A stretch of DNA of 64,000 nt, taken from the NCBI GenBank assembly GCA_030141605.1, contig JAQGDQ010000275.1, positions 186,001-250,000 of the forward strand, written 5' to 3'. This DNA comes from Tubiluchus corallicola (lineage: Eukaryota; Animalia; Priapulida). A program made the translations under genes and the position numbers. The notes beneath the pieces were generated by a model. It was not told the origin of the DNA, did not search any database, and saw nothing but the letters and a program-made list of their open reading frames with translations. Positions 1 through 13,802 of this stretch are shown here, piece by piece (the first letter of the stretch is position 1; every line of letters begins with the position of its first letter).

Positions 1-681
1 CGCCGCAGTTACTCTTTGACAGTAAGCACGAGCTAATACTCCATTCACTATTCACTGGTAGAAGTGTTGAGAGTAACTCGTCGAGGCGTTCACACTAGGC
101 AGTAACATGCAGCAACTATTGGAAAGTTTGCAATTTCTTGTTGACAGTAACTCGCAAAACTCATACTTTCGCGTTTGATGCCGGAGAGAAAACTCGCGAT
201 GGAGAACGCGTTACACTGAAGGTGCCATAAGACACTACAGTGAAAATATGAATATACATGCCCAGAGAATTGAAACTCAACTAACTAATTTACTACTAAT
301 GGAAGATATCTGCCTTTTTCTTGAATGAAACGAGGCTCTAATTTTCAAATAAAAAATTTCCATGTAGAGAATTCCGAAGACAATAAGCCCGAGGAAAAAA
401 TGAATTTAGAAGTAGCTGTTTTATATCTAAGATTTTTCCAAATAAGCCTAGAAAAACTACTGCTACAAATAGGGAACAATACTAGAGGATAAAGAATGTA
501 TGACAAAGCAAAATGTGTTAGAAACTACTATTTTGAAGAATTTTCTCTTCAAATAAATGTAACGTATTCTCACTAGTACACAGACATGAAATAACATCGT
601 TTCCCTTGTTATTTAAATATAACATACTTTAAATTCGTCTTGCTTACTTATTCTTTCTTTACATTTTCCAACTTTTGAAAG

Positions 682-740
682 GTCTTGAAGACACAGCGGT
701 CATATTGACTGACCAGTGGTTACCCAAACGACGTTTGTAA
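682..740 (+). CDS. Possible terminal coding exon of an unidentified gene starting upstream of the window (..LEDTAVILTDQWLPKRRL*)
   Basis: Long polypyrimidine tract ending in AG (680-681), phase-1 open frame to TAA 738-740, followed by T-rich 3'UTR-like sequence to ~2000. No recognisable homology. Confidence 0.3.
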
Positions 741-1070
741 AAACTGCGACACACTGAGGACATGAGTGCCTACATAGGGCTCACCATAGGGCTTAGCTTT
801 GATAATGAAATGGATTCCTTCCCGTCATGCTTTGAATAGATCTTGAGGCTGAATGCTAGACTTTGGCTAGCAGTGCGCTGAAGCACGTTGAAAAACAAAT
901 TACGATGTACGATAAAACAACACATCCTTGTCAAAACTTTTTATTTTACGTAGTGAAAAATTACATAGTAAAAAGCTCTAATAAAGTTGTGTTGTTTCAA
1001 CTGCAAATGTTTTTAAATGTCTGTAATAAAAAAATTGCGACGTCTATTTATCTTTACCTTCAATGTTTTC

Positions 1071-1575
1071 TTAAACACAAGAAAACGCTCTTCATAAATA
1101 AGGTTTAAAAAGTTCGTCTTGAAACTTTATATCACTCACATGCTGTCTTATTGCAAACAGAGCTTGAATTAGTAGCAACGCTGTATAACACATGCATGTT
1201 TAAACTCCCGCAATGACCTTTGGGTGCAGCTGATTTAACGGCAGGTCATTTGAAATACGTTTAGATAACATTGCGTAAAGTTTAAAAAAATAACCATAGC
1301 ATTTATAGCACATTCTTCGCTAATTAAGCAAAAGTTTAAATTAATTTATATTGTCAATATGATTAATAACGTGTTTTTTTAATGAACAAGTGGCTGAACA
1401 CTGGGATGATTATGCAGTGCCGTTTTTCCAGAGAGACCAATATTTTAAACTATTAAGAATTTTATTTTGAAATTGAGAAAGTCTTTCAAACGGCTAAACA
1501 TAATGCTAAGTAATATAACTTGGTATGGACAGTTCTTTGGGATATACGTTAAAATCCCATTTTCATGCGCTTTAA
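1071..1575 (+). mobile_element. Non-autonomous TTAA-flanked (Kolobok-like) DNA transposon, family B
   Basis: Shares blocks (tatatcacttacatgctgtcttattgca; agcacattcttcgctaa; gggatatactttaaaatt) with ~10 other copies; TTAA at both ends. Confidence 0.7.
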
Positions 1576-3177
1576 AATAAACAGTTTAAGACAGATTCGT
1601 GAAAGGCAGCACCTGTCAAAAGCACAAGTTTTGCTAAGTTGACGAACGAGTGAACATATTACATATAAACACAAATTATTGTACTGTTCGAACGTTTAAT
1701 TGTAACGTGAGATGATTTTATGTTTCTGTCAAGATACGCGTGTCTATTACGTCAATGATATGTATTATTTTATGAGAGTTGTATTTGTAAAAGTGTGCTT
1801 TAGTTTTTTTAGATAGGCGTATTTATTTTGCTGTAGTTTGTATCATTTTTTAATTTATTACTTGTGTCTTTTTATGCACTCCTACGGCACTCTTAGTTTT
1901 AATTATTTGCACCAGACGCATTTGCCTATTAGCGATGTAGCCCGGGCAATCACTGAATGATATTTCACATTGTATAATGTATGATGTCATTATTTTATGG
2001 CAGATATATATAAAGGCTGAAGAAATTTACTTTTCTTTATTTATCTTCCCTAAAGTCCATTGAAAGTTGCAAGTGCAAAACTTCCGAGGTATTATATCAT
2101 TACAAATCACAAACACGTAAGAGCTTATAACCAAAACATGAATGTTTGTCAAAAAAATACACATTCAAAGCATACGCTATAATTTACAAAACCACATTTA
2201 CATAAATTGTACATCATATGAGAATGAAGAGAAAATTCAGTACGTACAAGATGCAAAACACTTGCAATTTAAGCAGAGCTGTCCTGGCAAACGTGAATGG
2301 GTGACTGTAAGCAAATCAGTATCTTACCAATCATTCTACTCTCGAGTAAAATCACAAACTTTCTTTTACTTAGCTGTCAAATACAGCGTGCTTTATATGA
2401 AATTCCAGTTTTCGCAAAAACAGAAAGAAAACGCTCTAACTAAGTTTTCCTGACACTTCTAACTTTTTCTCGGTGATTTGTGTAAGAGGAAATCTGGCGT
2501 GAAGGTGTCATTTCCTAAGAAAGTCTGAAACTTCATTTCCTCCGTTTTGCTCGTTAGATGATGCAAGCAACTCCTTAGTTCTTAGTTACACCATAGTCCA
2601 AGAGCCCGTGATGAAATAACCTCCTCAGCAGGAACATGATTTACGTGATGAACATAAATTAGCAAACACAACAGAAGCAGTCATATAATAATTTAAACAG
2701 TTTTCTAATTCAATAACATTATTGCTTTTACGTTGCATTTGTTTTTATTAGTGTAACAAAAAACCCAGACTTTTATTTGAGGGACAGAAGTTCTTCTAGC
2801 CTTGTTTACACTAGTGTTTACAAATTCCATAGTAGCCACTAATTAGTGGTAACAGGGTAACTCACTCACTGTTTTTTTTTTCTATAATGTTGCACTGTAA
2901 TGTGTTCACTGTATAACAATGTGTATGTTATAATGACTACACACTCCTGACAATACATTTTGCGTTTTACAATAACATGTATAAATTCTACAGTAAAATA
3001 AATCAATAATAACAATTAGATTACTGACACATGTAGTGAAAACTAATTATGTTTGAATAGCCTGGTGATATTACAGTGACTGGTGACTATTCTAAAAACA
3101 TCCCAAACAAAAATAATCCATTTAGCTTTCAAAAAACTGGGTCTGTAATACCCAAGTCTACAATGCAATTAGGCAAC

Positions 3178-3450
3178 GAGGTACCTATTTTGGGGCATAA
3201 CCCCAGGAAACACCGCTCCCAAGAGAAACGAGTAGCCATTTGTGGAATGCCAGACTTACACGCACGATATGCAGTGGTCGAAAATCATATTCGTGATTGA
3301 GGAGGTTATAAGCCTTTCTAGGGGTACCTATTTTGGGGCGTAACAACTGAAAGTCCAGCTCCTATGACAAACGGGTAGCCATTTAGGGAATGTCAGATTC
3401 ATATGTACAATATGCTGTGGTCAAAAATTATGTTACTGATGAGGAAGTTA
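3178..3450. repeat. Two diverged tandem copies of a ~143-bp unit
   Basis: gtacctattttggggc...gtagccattt...tgtggtc.aaaat recurs at 3181 and 3324. Confidence 0.75.
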
Positions 3451-4665
3451 TTTCGTCACGGGCTCTCGGACTACCAGGTTTGCGTTTGATTATTATTTCG
3501 CTGTGTAGCATTGTTTGCCATTTGCTAATTGAACGTCATGGAAATGACGCGGCTTCCAAGGTAATACATTTGTTTAGCCTGGGAATTTCCGAAGTCTTGC
3601 GAGAAAAACCGAACAAAATGTTCTGGAGGAAAATGCAACTTCGACACCTGATTTCATTAGGAAGGAAGCCATGAAATTTAATAAAATTAGTGTCAAATTT
3701 TAAGTTACGGTTAATACTTTTATAATTAAAGAAGACTTGTTTTTATGTTAAATTTGACCAATACGCCTTTTTTATAAAACTGCATTTTGAAGTTGAACTG
3801 CAGATAGTTAATATGGTCCTAGCTGAGTCACCAATCTTCCCATCACTAAAAGACAAGGACAAGGTTGGACCTCAAATACCACACAGTTTAAGAATGCAGA
3901 GTTTTTTAATGTACAAAATTGACCATCTTGATCAAGAGATAAACCCCATAACTACGTCACTTAAGAATTTACAAGTAGTTTTGACAATGAATAGTTCATA
4001 GTGAAGTGGTTGATTGTCACAGTATTAAATGCAGTTATGAAGCTGGTTATTCAAATTATAGCCTACTCACGTCAATCAAGTCACATTTTCCACTCTTTAC
4101 TAAGACGGAATTACGAAATCTGTGGAATGTGAGCAACGAGAACAGACTGAATGAGTAAACCTTCTCAATGTGAAAAAGCTCTACTGATATCAAAGTTGTC
4201 AACTAGTAATGACTTTTTTATGACTTTTCCCTGACCAAATATTGATTTTTCATGACGAAGATAAGCAGAAATTGCATTTCCAGTATATATATTCAAGCAT
4301 TTTTGAGTATGGACATTCATACATATACTGATATATAATGTACCTACCAATCATTATTTTTGGAACAGAAATCGAAACCGAGAGCCTGCCCTAGCAAAAT
4401 TTTATTTGAGCACGAATCGCTGAAAAATATCTTATGTTTAAAACCCTCTTCTTGACACGTGTTTATTGTTTAAACAACACAACAGTTTAATGGCTCATAA
4501 GTAAACTACCCAATGAAGTCTGAGACTCTTTGCGTATGTAGTTTCACAATCCATGCGCCATCTGTTGCCAGTTTTTGATAGGGAAAAAAGTAGAGCCATC
4601 CTTTCACCAATCATTTTTCCATCTATAGGAGAATGACAACTCTATGGCAGAAAAACAGCACCCTG

Positions 4666-4843
4666 TTACAACAAGATCTTGTACTTCTCAGCACGTGGTA
4701 CACGATTGATGACGACCCGTCCATCGTAGCTCAGTGATGCAAATAGCCAAGGGTCAGCTGTTGACCATTCGGCAGCGTAAACACTGTCTTCATGTTCTTC
4801 ATAAGTTGCTATGACTCCGTCTTTCTGTTGTTCTGCAGGTAAC
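4666..4843 (-). CDS. EIPR1: EIPR1/TSSC1 coding exon 9 (last; ..[50 protein letters not shown])
   Basis: Hand translation matches the EIPR1 C-terminus; AG acceptor at 4845-4844, TAA at 4668-4666. Confidence 0.95.
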
Positions 4844-5196
4844 CTAGAAATAGAGACGAAAGCACCAATGTAAAACCACTTTTCTGAAATGAACCTCTAA
4901 CATCTAAATTTTTATATAATTATATATAACAATTAATGATAATATTTATATATAACAACAAAATAATATAATAAAAAGACATACGAAAACATATTTGGAT
5001 GAAGAACCTTTGAAATATGAACCTAGTATATTAACAATTGGACCACCCAGTCCCATCATAAAAGGAAAACAAATATGAATTCCAATATAAAAGGGAAATA
5101 CAGGTGCAAACAGCCCATTAATTAAAGAATTGGTTTTATATTCTTTGATGTTCCCATTACAGGCAAAGCTTGGAGCATAGTTCACATTGGGGAGAG

Positions 5197-5557
5197 CATT
5201 CTCCACCAGGAAGCGAATTCAAATCGAATTTGTGACTTTCGAACATGAATCAAGCCGAATTTCAAGATACCGAATCCGAATGTCAAGATTTTCGAATCAC
5301 TAATAAAAAGTGGTCTCACAAAGATCATGCATATTACTTGATTTTGTTCTGCTGTAAAAACACTCATAATTTGTTTAAAATTTGTGCCCAAAAATCAACG
5401 CTAAATTTTGCTGATTGCTTGACGTTTCAGACGTTTTAATGACAAAGAACACATGTAGTCAAAGTGCTGAATTTTTCGAATCTATAATTTTAGGTTCGAA
5501 TTAAAAGAACTCATTCGAACCAAATTCAAATGTTTGAATGTGGATGTTCACCTCCAG
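5197..5557. mobile_element. TTCGAA-rich dispersed repeat (likely DNA transposon fragment), copy 1
   Basis: Collinear with 24011-24355 (cattctc..gaattcaaatcgaat..tgtgacttt..gtgctgaatt..ttaggttcgaa). Confidence 0.65.
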
Positions 5558-5953
5558 TACACATTTCAATTTTCGATAAATTTATTTTGGTTTCTAGACT
5601 TTGTTACGCCTGATTTTATTTTCGTCATTAATGGAGAAACTGGAAGGTAAGAATTTAAGTAACAAGAAATGGGAAAATGGTTTCCTTTCCAATTTGGTTT
5701 TAGTTAACAAATTTAAAATAAATCCAGAACATTAAGAGTCAATTGTTTTTTGAATTACTATTTAGTATTGAGTATTAATTGATAATAAAACGGCTTTTAA
5801 CTAGAAATGGTAACACCGTACAACTTTGCCATTGTTTTAGAAAAGAAAATGATAAAAGACTCATGAAAATGGTAATTTCGTGAAAGGAACATGGGAATTA
5901 TCCCAAACATGACAGGAGGAACAGAATCTACCCTGAGCAGAAGAATTTCGTAC

Positions 5954-6121
5954 TTTTCTCTGTGTCCACCATCTTGTTCTTCATCCTCAATTTCATCGTC
6001 CACTAGGTGGCCGAACGGTTCTGATGAGATGGACACGGCATTTGTCAGAATAACTCTGGAATCGCTGCTAGATGTCAGCACTAACTGGTCATGAAAATGA
6101 TTATAACGAACGCTCCAAACC
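5954..6121 (-). CDS. EIPR1: EIPR1 coding exon 8 ([42 protein letters not shown]..)
   Basis: Within ORF 5797..6174; AG/GT boundaries, 168 nt, phase 2-2 consistent with neighbours. Confidence 0.95.
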
Positions 6122-6284
6122 CTGTAATGTATAAATTCAATTGCAAGGCTAAACCATAATGTGTATGAAAACAATTTATTTATTTATTTACTATGATTAT
6201 TATTATTATTAATATTATTATTATTGTTATCATCATTATTTTTATGTGACATTCAATGTGACACACAATATTACGCTTGGGAAT

Positions 6285-6770
6285 GTAAGGAAAATACAAA
6301 AAAACACTCTTCATAAATTATGCTTAAAAATTTGTCTTGAAATTTTATATCCCTTACCTGCTGTCTTATTCCAAACACAGCTAGCATCAGCAGTAATGCT
6401 GTATAAAACTAGAAAATTTAAGCTCTCGTGATGGCAGTTTGAAACCAGTTAAGACAACATTATGTAAAATTAATAATCAGATTATTTCTACCCGCCACTA
6501 TATACTTCACCATACACTTCGCTACTATAACTAAAAAAAGCTTCAATTACTTCATACTGTCAGTAAGATTAATAATGCGTTTTCTGGTGAATTACTGGCG
6601 CACACTGGGTTGGCAACACAGTGCCGTTTTGCCATGCGGTACAAATATATCAAATTATTAAGAATTTTCTTTTTTAATCACACGAGTTTTTTAAACAAGC
6701 AAGCATAATGCTAAGCAATATAACTTTGTATGTAAAGTTCTTTGAAATATAGTTTAAAATTCCTCTTTTG
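6285..6770 (+). mobile_element. Kolobok-like MITE family B copy (EIPR1 intron)
   Basis: Same internal blocks as 1071-1575. Confidence 0.65.
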
Positions 6771-6784
6771 CCCTGTGAGTAACA

Positions 6785-7140
6785 CAGCTAAGCAGCACCA
6801 AACCTGTTTAGTAAACTGATGGCGATCTCTACCTGTAGGCTGAATCTGCAATAATGTTTCAGGCCATTTTCTTATTGAGGAAGTTTATACATTTAAGAAA
6901 GGCACAAAGTGAAGCAGCACCAAAGCTGGTTAGTAAATTGATGGGTGATCTCTACCTCTAAGCTAAATCTGCCGTAATGCCTCAGGCTGTTTTTCTTATT
7001 GAGGTGGTTTATACATTTAACAAAAACATAAAGCTAAGCAGCACCAAAGCTGGTTAATAGACGTATGGGTGATTTTTACTTCTAAGTTGAATCTGCCACA
7101 CTGCATCGGCTTATTTCTTTCGCTGAGGTGGTTAAATACT
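6785..7140. repeat. Three tandem copies of a ~123-bp unit
   Basis: aagcagcaccaaa..ctg.ttag recurs at ~6790, ~6912 and ~7036. Confidence 0.85.
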
Positions 7141-7657
7141 TTTGAAGGTACTTTTGTCAGATCTGTATCTCATTGTAGAAGATTATTCATGAGAATGAGC
7201 AAAGGTATAAAAACATAAGCAAATCAAATTAATATAAAAACTGAGAACAATATATGACGTTAGAAAAGCACTGCCGTTTTAACACAAATAGGAATGCATA
7301 AAAATTGTATTGTCACAATAGATTGTTACAGTGCAACTGTTTCCACGTGTTGGAATATACTTCACATCAAAAGAAACAAAAATATACATTTACAAAAATC
7401 GTTATGGTAACCAATGTACGAAAAAATCTAGAACATGTTACTATAATTTATTAACAATCCATGATTTGTAGTGATAATAAAGAAATATGGCCAAGTAACT
7501 GCAGAATGACGTCATTTCATTTGAATTTAATACACGACATAGTAATAGCTATAAAAGCATACAGTGGAATTTAACAAAACAGATATATGACCGAGTTACA
7601 TTCAGTAATTATCAGTAATTATTAACTAAGAATTCAGCGGTTACTCTTACTGCTTAC

Positions 7658-7825
7658 CAGTGAGAATGATTGGACAGTACCATCAGTGGTTCCTCGGTGT
7701 TGCGTGTGTCCCAGAATTTAGTCTTACAGTCGTCTCCGCAGCTTGCTAAATAGTATTGTTTATTGGGATTAAAGTCTAGGTTCCTTACACACTGAAGATG
7801 AGCACCATCTATGTGATAAACCTGC
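7658..7825 (-). CDS. EIPR1: EIPR1 coding exon 7 ([46 protein letters not shown])
   Basis: Highly conserved WD40 segment; AG acceptor and GTAAG donor; 168 nt. Confidence 0.96.
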
Positions 7826-8532
7826 CTAGAAGAGTAAAATAAATTGAAATTATGAGCATACAAATTATGCACATAAATTATGAGCACAAGAGAACGTGGT
7901 GTTTGGCTGTGTGCACGCGGGCATGCGCACATGTCTGAGAAAAGATGCAGTACATTAGGTAGAGAGAGTACTGTGGCTCATGCAGTGTGTGTTGTCAGTT
8001 GTCACATGCTAAAAAGTCGTGTACTGGCATATATTCTTGAACTGCGACAATTTAGGCTATTCGTAAGCAAACAATATTTTTTTATTTAGGATTTTATCAA
8101 GTTTATGTATAAATTTTTGTATGTTTGTTTGTTTAAAATTAGATATTACAACATTAAAATAACATGTGTTTGTTTCATTTTACACAGTATTAAAACAATG
8201 GTTAAAATTTTTTTCGAGCAGCACCCCCCGTAATTTTAACTATGAGCTGCCACTGATGGAAAGTGTTTGCCGAAATTTGAAAAAAATGGCTTACTCCATA
8301 GTTGGTATTTTTTCCACACTGACAGAACTTGGCACGAAAAAATTATTAAATATGTAAACGGAGAACATTTCAGCTATAATAATTATAATTTTTGCACAAA
8401 AGTAACCACAGCAACATGCCTTGACCTTGACCTAAGTAAATTACTATATACAACCAACAATTAAATGTACAGTTGATAAAAACAGCATGAATGCAACAAA
8501 ATCACTTGAATTAAAGTGAAACGGACACTTAC

Positions 8533-8669
8533 TCCATGCTCCGTAAATCCCAACCTCTGATTGAGCTGCCGTTAGCTGTTGCGATTTGCATACAGTTGGA
8601 ATGCGGATTCCATCTACCTGCCGTGAACTTTGGTTGACCTTTCGAATCTAAGCAAGCAGATCCGGTCAC
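8533..8669 (-). CDS. EIPR1: EIPR1 coding exon 6 ([45 protein letters not shown])
   Basis: Hand translation (absent from ORF track); tttcag acceptor, gtaagt donor; 137 nt. Confidence 0.95.
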
Positions 8670-9599
8670 CTGAAAGTTTTAAGCCTTAATAGCCCAATTT
8701 TTAAAAAAAATATCATATATTCTTACTCATGCCATTTTTAATGTAGATTTCAATGAATGAATGATTTGTGCAAAATTTCTGGAAACAGATATTTCAAAAA
8801 AATTGTTACATATTGATTTAAACTAATTTGTTTTATATTAAATACATCATGTGCATGCTTGTTGTGAGCACGTATACATAAACAAGTATATCTGGTTGGT
8901 CTAATATCCCTTTTTGGTTTATCTTAGCTTTATACTTTCACTATACTTACATTATTCGGAAATAACAAAGTACGTTACATGGGGAAGTTCTTTGCCAAAT
9001 TGCCATTTGCCATAATACAGCTGAATCGCTCGTATTGCTAGCAATGCAATTTTGTGAAAACAGGCACCAACAACAAGCGAAGTAACCTAAACTCAAGACG
9101 CGGTATTTCTGTGTATTTTGCTGACATTACCATTGTTGACACTATTGAACACGGTCAAGTACCATACACAAGAATGACAGCAAATAATATACGAAGATTG
9201 TTTTACAAATACAGAAACATATTCACCTGTGCAAGAAATATTTGTGCAAGAAAGCAAATATATATTCCACATAACACGACTTTTATAACATTACCAACAT
9301 ACTGGTATTTTTTGCAATTCTGTAAACAATCTATATAAATTAACTATTGGTTCTCAAACATAAACATGACAGAATCTGCGAATATGTTCGTCTCAGTTCA
9401 AACTGTAATAAAAATGAACTTAAGCTACCTATGGGTAAACCTTGGTACCAAAATAGGCAGTAGATAGTAGTGAATCTGTTATAAGCAGTAAGAATTTCAT
9501 TTAACTTTGAACCATATTACCGGGAAGAAAAATGTCTTTTGTATCATGCATCGAGGGGTCAAACATTCAACTCTCAGGTAAGAACTCGATACATTAAAG

Positions 9600-10078
9600 C
9601 AGAGGTGTGCAAATGATTTGACTAGCCGGGCCACATTAAACTTTCCCGCAATTCCTGCGGGCCACAGGCAGTTTGATCAAGGTGCCAAGTACAGAAGGGC
9701 CTAATAACGATTTTTTTGCATCCGACCTGCGTACATCATTACTACTACACTCAAGAAACTATTTTAGAAGTTATTAAAATTTATATTACAAACCATATAT
9801 TTCTACTTTCGGGATAGATAGTGGTTTCATTATAATGCATATTAGTAATGTGTATCACACAGTCCGTGTAGTACAGTGACATTAAGTTACAACCGTCTTG
9901 TAAGGGTTAATGGCATTCGATCTAGTAGAAAAAACTACCCGCACTATCTTTGGGATCGTGGCACGGACTTCAGCTGGATATACTCAATTAATCGCCAGGG
10001 CCGCACTTTCATTAGGTTGACAAATCTCTTTGCGGGCCGCACAAATTCTCTCGGCGGGCCGCAGTTTACACACCCCTG
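9600..10078. mobile_element. hAT-type MITE with perfect 8-bp TSD
   Basis: TIR CAGAGGTGTGCAAA / TTTACACACCCCTG; TSD CATTAAAG at 9592-9599 and 10079-10086; subterminal gggccgca repeats. Confidence 0.9.
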
Positions 10079-10187
10079 CATTAAAGAGAGTCAAGAAAGA
10101 ATGGATCGAAAAAACAAACTGGAACAGATAAAAACTGACAAAATCATGACAAACCACTTCAAGGTCTATGTAACCACAATAGACGTT

Positions 10188-11686
10188 GAAGTTTTTTTAA
10201 CACATTATTATGATTACACAAAGAATTCATAGTTATTATCAAACAAAACAGAGAAATAAAATAAATCGAATTTCGAACACGTGCATTGCTGCAAAGATCG
10301 CCATGTTTTACGTGTTTGGCGCGAGTTAACAAGAATGACATATGAGGTACAGAAAGTGTCTTTGGTTACTGATGTTTGTTTACCGATCTCATGACTGTAC
10401 TCACTACAGCATTCGTATCGCAACGAAAAATGGCAGTTTTTCAAATTTAACACCGCTAAGAACGAAGTGATAAAAAATCAAAAGAAACAAGTTTTACTGT
10501 GAGTTTATAATAAAATAAATTGAATATTTGTAATGAGAGTACGATTTTAAGTTGTAAAAGCTTATTATTATAGCAAAAGCCTAATGAATAAAGAAGACTC
10601 ACTTTAATATCTCATTCTATTGTTTACAGCTCTGACAATCAATAATCTGATGAGCATGGGTAGGAGTCACTCAATGTCAATGTTGTATCATTACTCATCC
10701 CAAGAACTCTTTTGACTTTTTATTTTCGGACATAAAAAGAACAGTAAGTGATAAGAACTGCAAAAATTACTATGATAACAGAAGAACGTATTAAAAAACA
10801 CGTTTATACGTTCTTGTGATAACCTCTGTTTAGCTTGTCTATGACTTCTACTATTGAAACTGTTAGTGAATAATTGTTGTCAGAATAATCTAAATTCTGT
10901 GTTTATAATATTTTTGTGTTATATGGGTTTTATACATCAGTAAGTGATGTCGTCCCATGTTTGTAAATGTGTAAATATTTTGTTTTTTGTTTTTTTATAT
11001 ATACTTTAATTGTACTTTTGTGAGGGTGTGTGTTATGAAACAATTTCTACTAACATTTACCCAGAAAATATATCAAATAATTGAAAAAATGGATTACTTC
11101 ACAATGAGCATTTTTCACTGACAGAATTTGGCACATAATTATAATAATCATAATTTCTGTATAATGCAAACCCTGTCTAATAAAAAGATGACAGCTAGAT
11201 GACCTAGAGTCAGGTCATCCAATATTTCATGTCAAATTTGAAGACAGGTTTAATTATTAAAGTCAAACTAAACCCTCACTATAATATAAGTTTTCACAAT
11301 TTAAAATCCTACTCTGATTATGAATATTCAATTTATTTCATTATAAACCAACTGTAAAACTTGATGCTTTTGTTTTTTATCACTTCACCGTTAGTAGCAT
11401 TAAATTTGAAGAATTTTTGTTGCGCGGGACGAATGTCGGAGTGAGTACAGTCACGAGGTGACCAAAAATTGGTAAACAAACATTGGTAATCGAAGACGCT
11501 TTCTGTACCGCGTATGTCATTTTCGCTCACTTGCACTAAAGACAAGAAACATGGCTATCTTTACGGCAATGCACGTGTTCGAAATTCGCCAGAAAAAGGC
11601 AAGTTATTTAGTTTATCAGTCTCTTTTGTTTAATAATAACAATGAATTCTTTGTGTAATCATAATAATGCATTAAAAAAACTTCAA
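10188..11686. repeat. Long diverged inverted repeat pair (~10188-10575 and ~11278-11686) in an EIPR1 intron
   Basis: e.g. attattatgattacacaaagaattcat vs atgaattctttgtgtaatcataataat; gaatttcgaacacgtgcattgc vs gcaatgcacgtgttcgaaattc. Confidence 0.85.
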
Positions 11687-11719
11687 TTACTTACAAATCC
11701 TTAGTATATTTATACATAC

Positions 11720-11819
11720 ACTAGCAGTTGTACTGGTATCATTCAGATCCCAAGTCACAAAATGATTATCTGCAAGAGTTATCACTTTAGATTTGTCTCC
11801 ACCAGGGTGCCAGAGAACA
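11720..11819 (-). CDS. EIPR1: EIPR1 coding exon 5 (VLWHPGGDKSKVITLADNHFVTWDLNDTSTTAS)
   Basis: Within ORF 11687..11980; AG/GT boundaries; 100 nt restores phase 0. Confidence 0.94.
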
Positions 11820-12155
11820 CTGTAACAAGTGAACAGTACTGAGATTATGGTACAGAATAAGAAAATAATGTATAGAGGCAACAATAAGTAATGAAGCAAT
11901 TTAAGAAAATAACATACAATACCGAAACTTAAAAGTTTTCTAGTCGCTCTGGAGCCTAAAGGTTCTAACATTGCCCCCATATTTGGATTTGATTGTTAAA
12001 TTAAAAAACCCGCATATTGCAGAAAATTAATAGCAAACATGATTGATCATTACCAACTAGAGTTCATTTAACTTTTAAATTAATTTTGATTCACGTTAAT
12101 TTTTATGTTAATTAATTGTGTTAATTTTTAAATTTTTCATTACTTTTAAAATTAT

Positions 12156-12703
12156 TTAAAGGACAAGACAATTCTTTATTTACATAAAACTAAAAAAACG
12201 TTTTTAAATTTTGTAAGATCTACATACTGCTCTTTTACGCACAGACCTTGTACTAACAGGAATGCCATAGAAAACAGAAAAATTTAAACTGCGGCTATGG
12301 GCGAAGCCATTTTGACGGTAAGTCGCTCAAAACAAGTTTAGAAAATATTGGGCAAAGTTTGAAAAATAATAAGAGCATTTGCAGCACACTCTTCACTAAG
12401 TAAAAGTACAAATAACTGTATATTGTTGATAAGATTAAAAATGTGCTTTTTGGTGAGTTTGCAGTGCACACTGGGAAGGTGAGTCAGTGACGTTTTAGAA
12501 GTTGGCATGAACATTTTAAATTACTAATAATTTTCTTTTCCAATTAGATAAGTGTTTCAAACAGGTAAGAGTAACGTAAATTAATACAACTGTATATCGA
12601 AAATTTATTAGTCTTCTAAGCAGGTGCGCGTAACGGAAATTAAAACAATTTTGTAAAGAATTTTTTGGGATATACTTTAAAGTTGCCTTTTCTTCCCCTT
12701 TAA
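12156..12703 (+). mobile_element. Kolobok-like MITE family B, full length
   Basis: TTAAAGGACAAGA ... TCTTCCCCTTTAA termini; lies 25 bp from the exon 4 donor. Confidence 0.75.
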
Positions 12704-12728
12704 AAAGTAAAATTTCACTGCAACAGAC

Positions 12729-12873
12729 CTGTTAACATTGGGAAAATTGGCATGATCCAGCCGGCAGAGTAATTGCAGTGAATGAGTGCTGGCCGATGCT
12801 TCATCGAGACTAGAATCAAATTCTGCTGGTATCTTCCAGATGGCAGCACACATCTCACATCTATTTCCCGACA
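12729..12873 (-). CDS. EIPR1: EIPR1 coding exon 4 (SGNRCEMCAAIWKIPAEFDSSLDEASASTHSLQLLCRLDHANFPNVN)
   Basis: Within ORF 12677..13003; strong acceptor, GT donor; 145 nt. Confidence 0.93.
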
Positions 12874-13802
12874 CTAAGATAGAAAGAGAGACAAAATTAC
12901 AAATTTTCAATAAAGTACGACGGGATTTACTGCATTGCAGTGTAGTTACAGTGAAGATTAACAATCCCAAATGCAGTGCCAGTGTTAGGAAGTGTCGGCC
13001 CAATTACAAAATTGTTAGTGGGGCCCTCTACGCTACAAAAGCTGAAGACTGCTGTTTTATGCTTTGTGTAGCACTCTAGTCTCAGCCAAAAGGCTTTGAG
13101 GCCTAGAGGCTGCACCATTAGCCACAATCATATTCTAAAAATTGAAAGCCCTTTTGAAAGTTTTAATGTTTTCTTACAAGTCAGGATGATTACTGACGCA
13201 CTATTTGTGCAAATGCCTTCTACAAACAGACATTTCATGCTATTTTATCTGAAAAATCTTTCAAAATCATTTCGTAGTCGATGGTTTTTGCAAGGTCATT
13301 TTTTTACAGATAGCATCCCCAAAATATTTAGTCTCTCTTGTAAAATTGTTGACCGTAGATATATTTTAATCAATTTTATATCACGAATGCTGCAGAATAG
13401 TATAAAGCACTTAACAAACAATGCAACTTTACATTCCAAGCTGTATGTTATATAATCTCGTTAGTAGCACTCTTTCTGTGTTGATGGTTTGAATATTCTC
13501 CACAAATAAGTAACATTAAAATCCAATGACCATCCAACTAATGCTGCATATAGGACTGGAAAATTGCCCTTTTTTAAAAAGGCAAATGGTGACGATAAAC
13601 TGAAATTACAAAACAAATAAACAAAAAACATTAAAATATAGATAGACGAGGACAGGCTGAATAGTTTCACTGCCTTTACAGTATAAAGAAACTTCATATA
13701 CATTGGACACTCAATAAATCATCACGGCTTCCTCCGCTCGAGCATGTGTGTGAAAGCGAGATCTGGAAACAGAGACATGAATGTATCCTGAAAAAATCTT
13801 AC

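Noticed and set aside
5197-5557. GAA/TTC-rich motifs as heat-shock elements (also 24011-24355)
   Set aside because: Belong to a dispersed TTCGAA-rich repeat, lack regular nGAAn alternation and have no adjacent TATA box.
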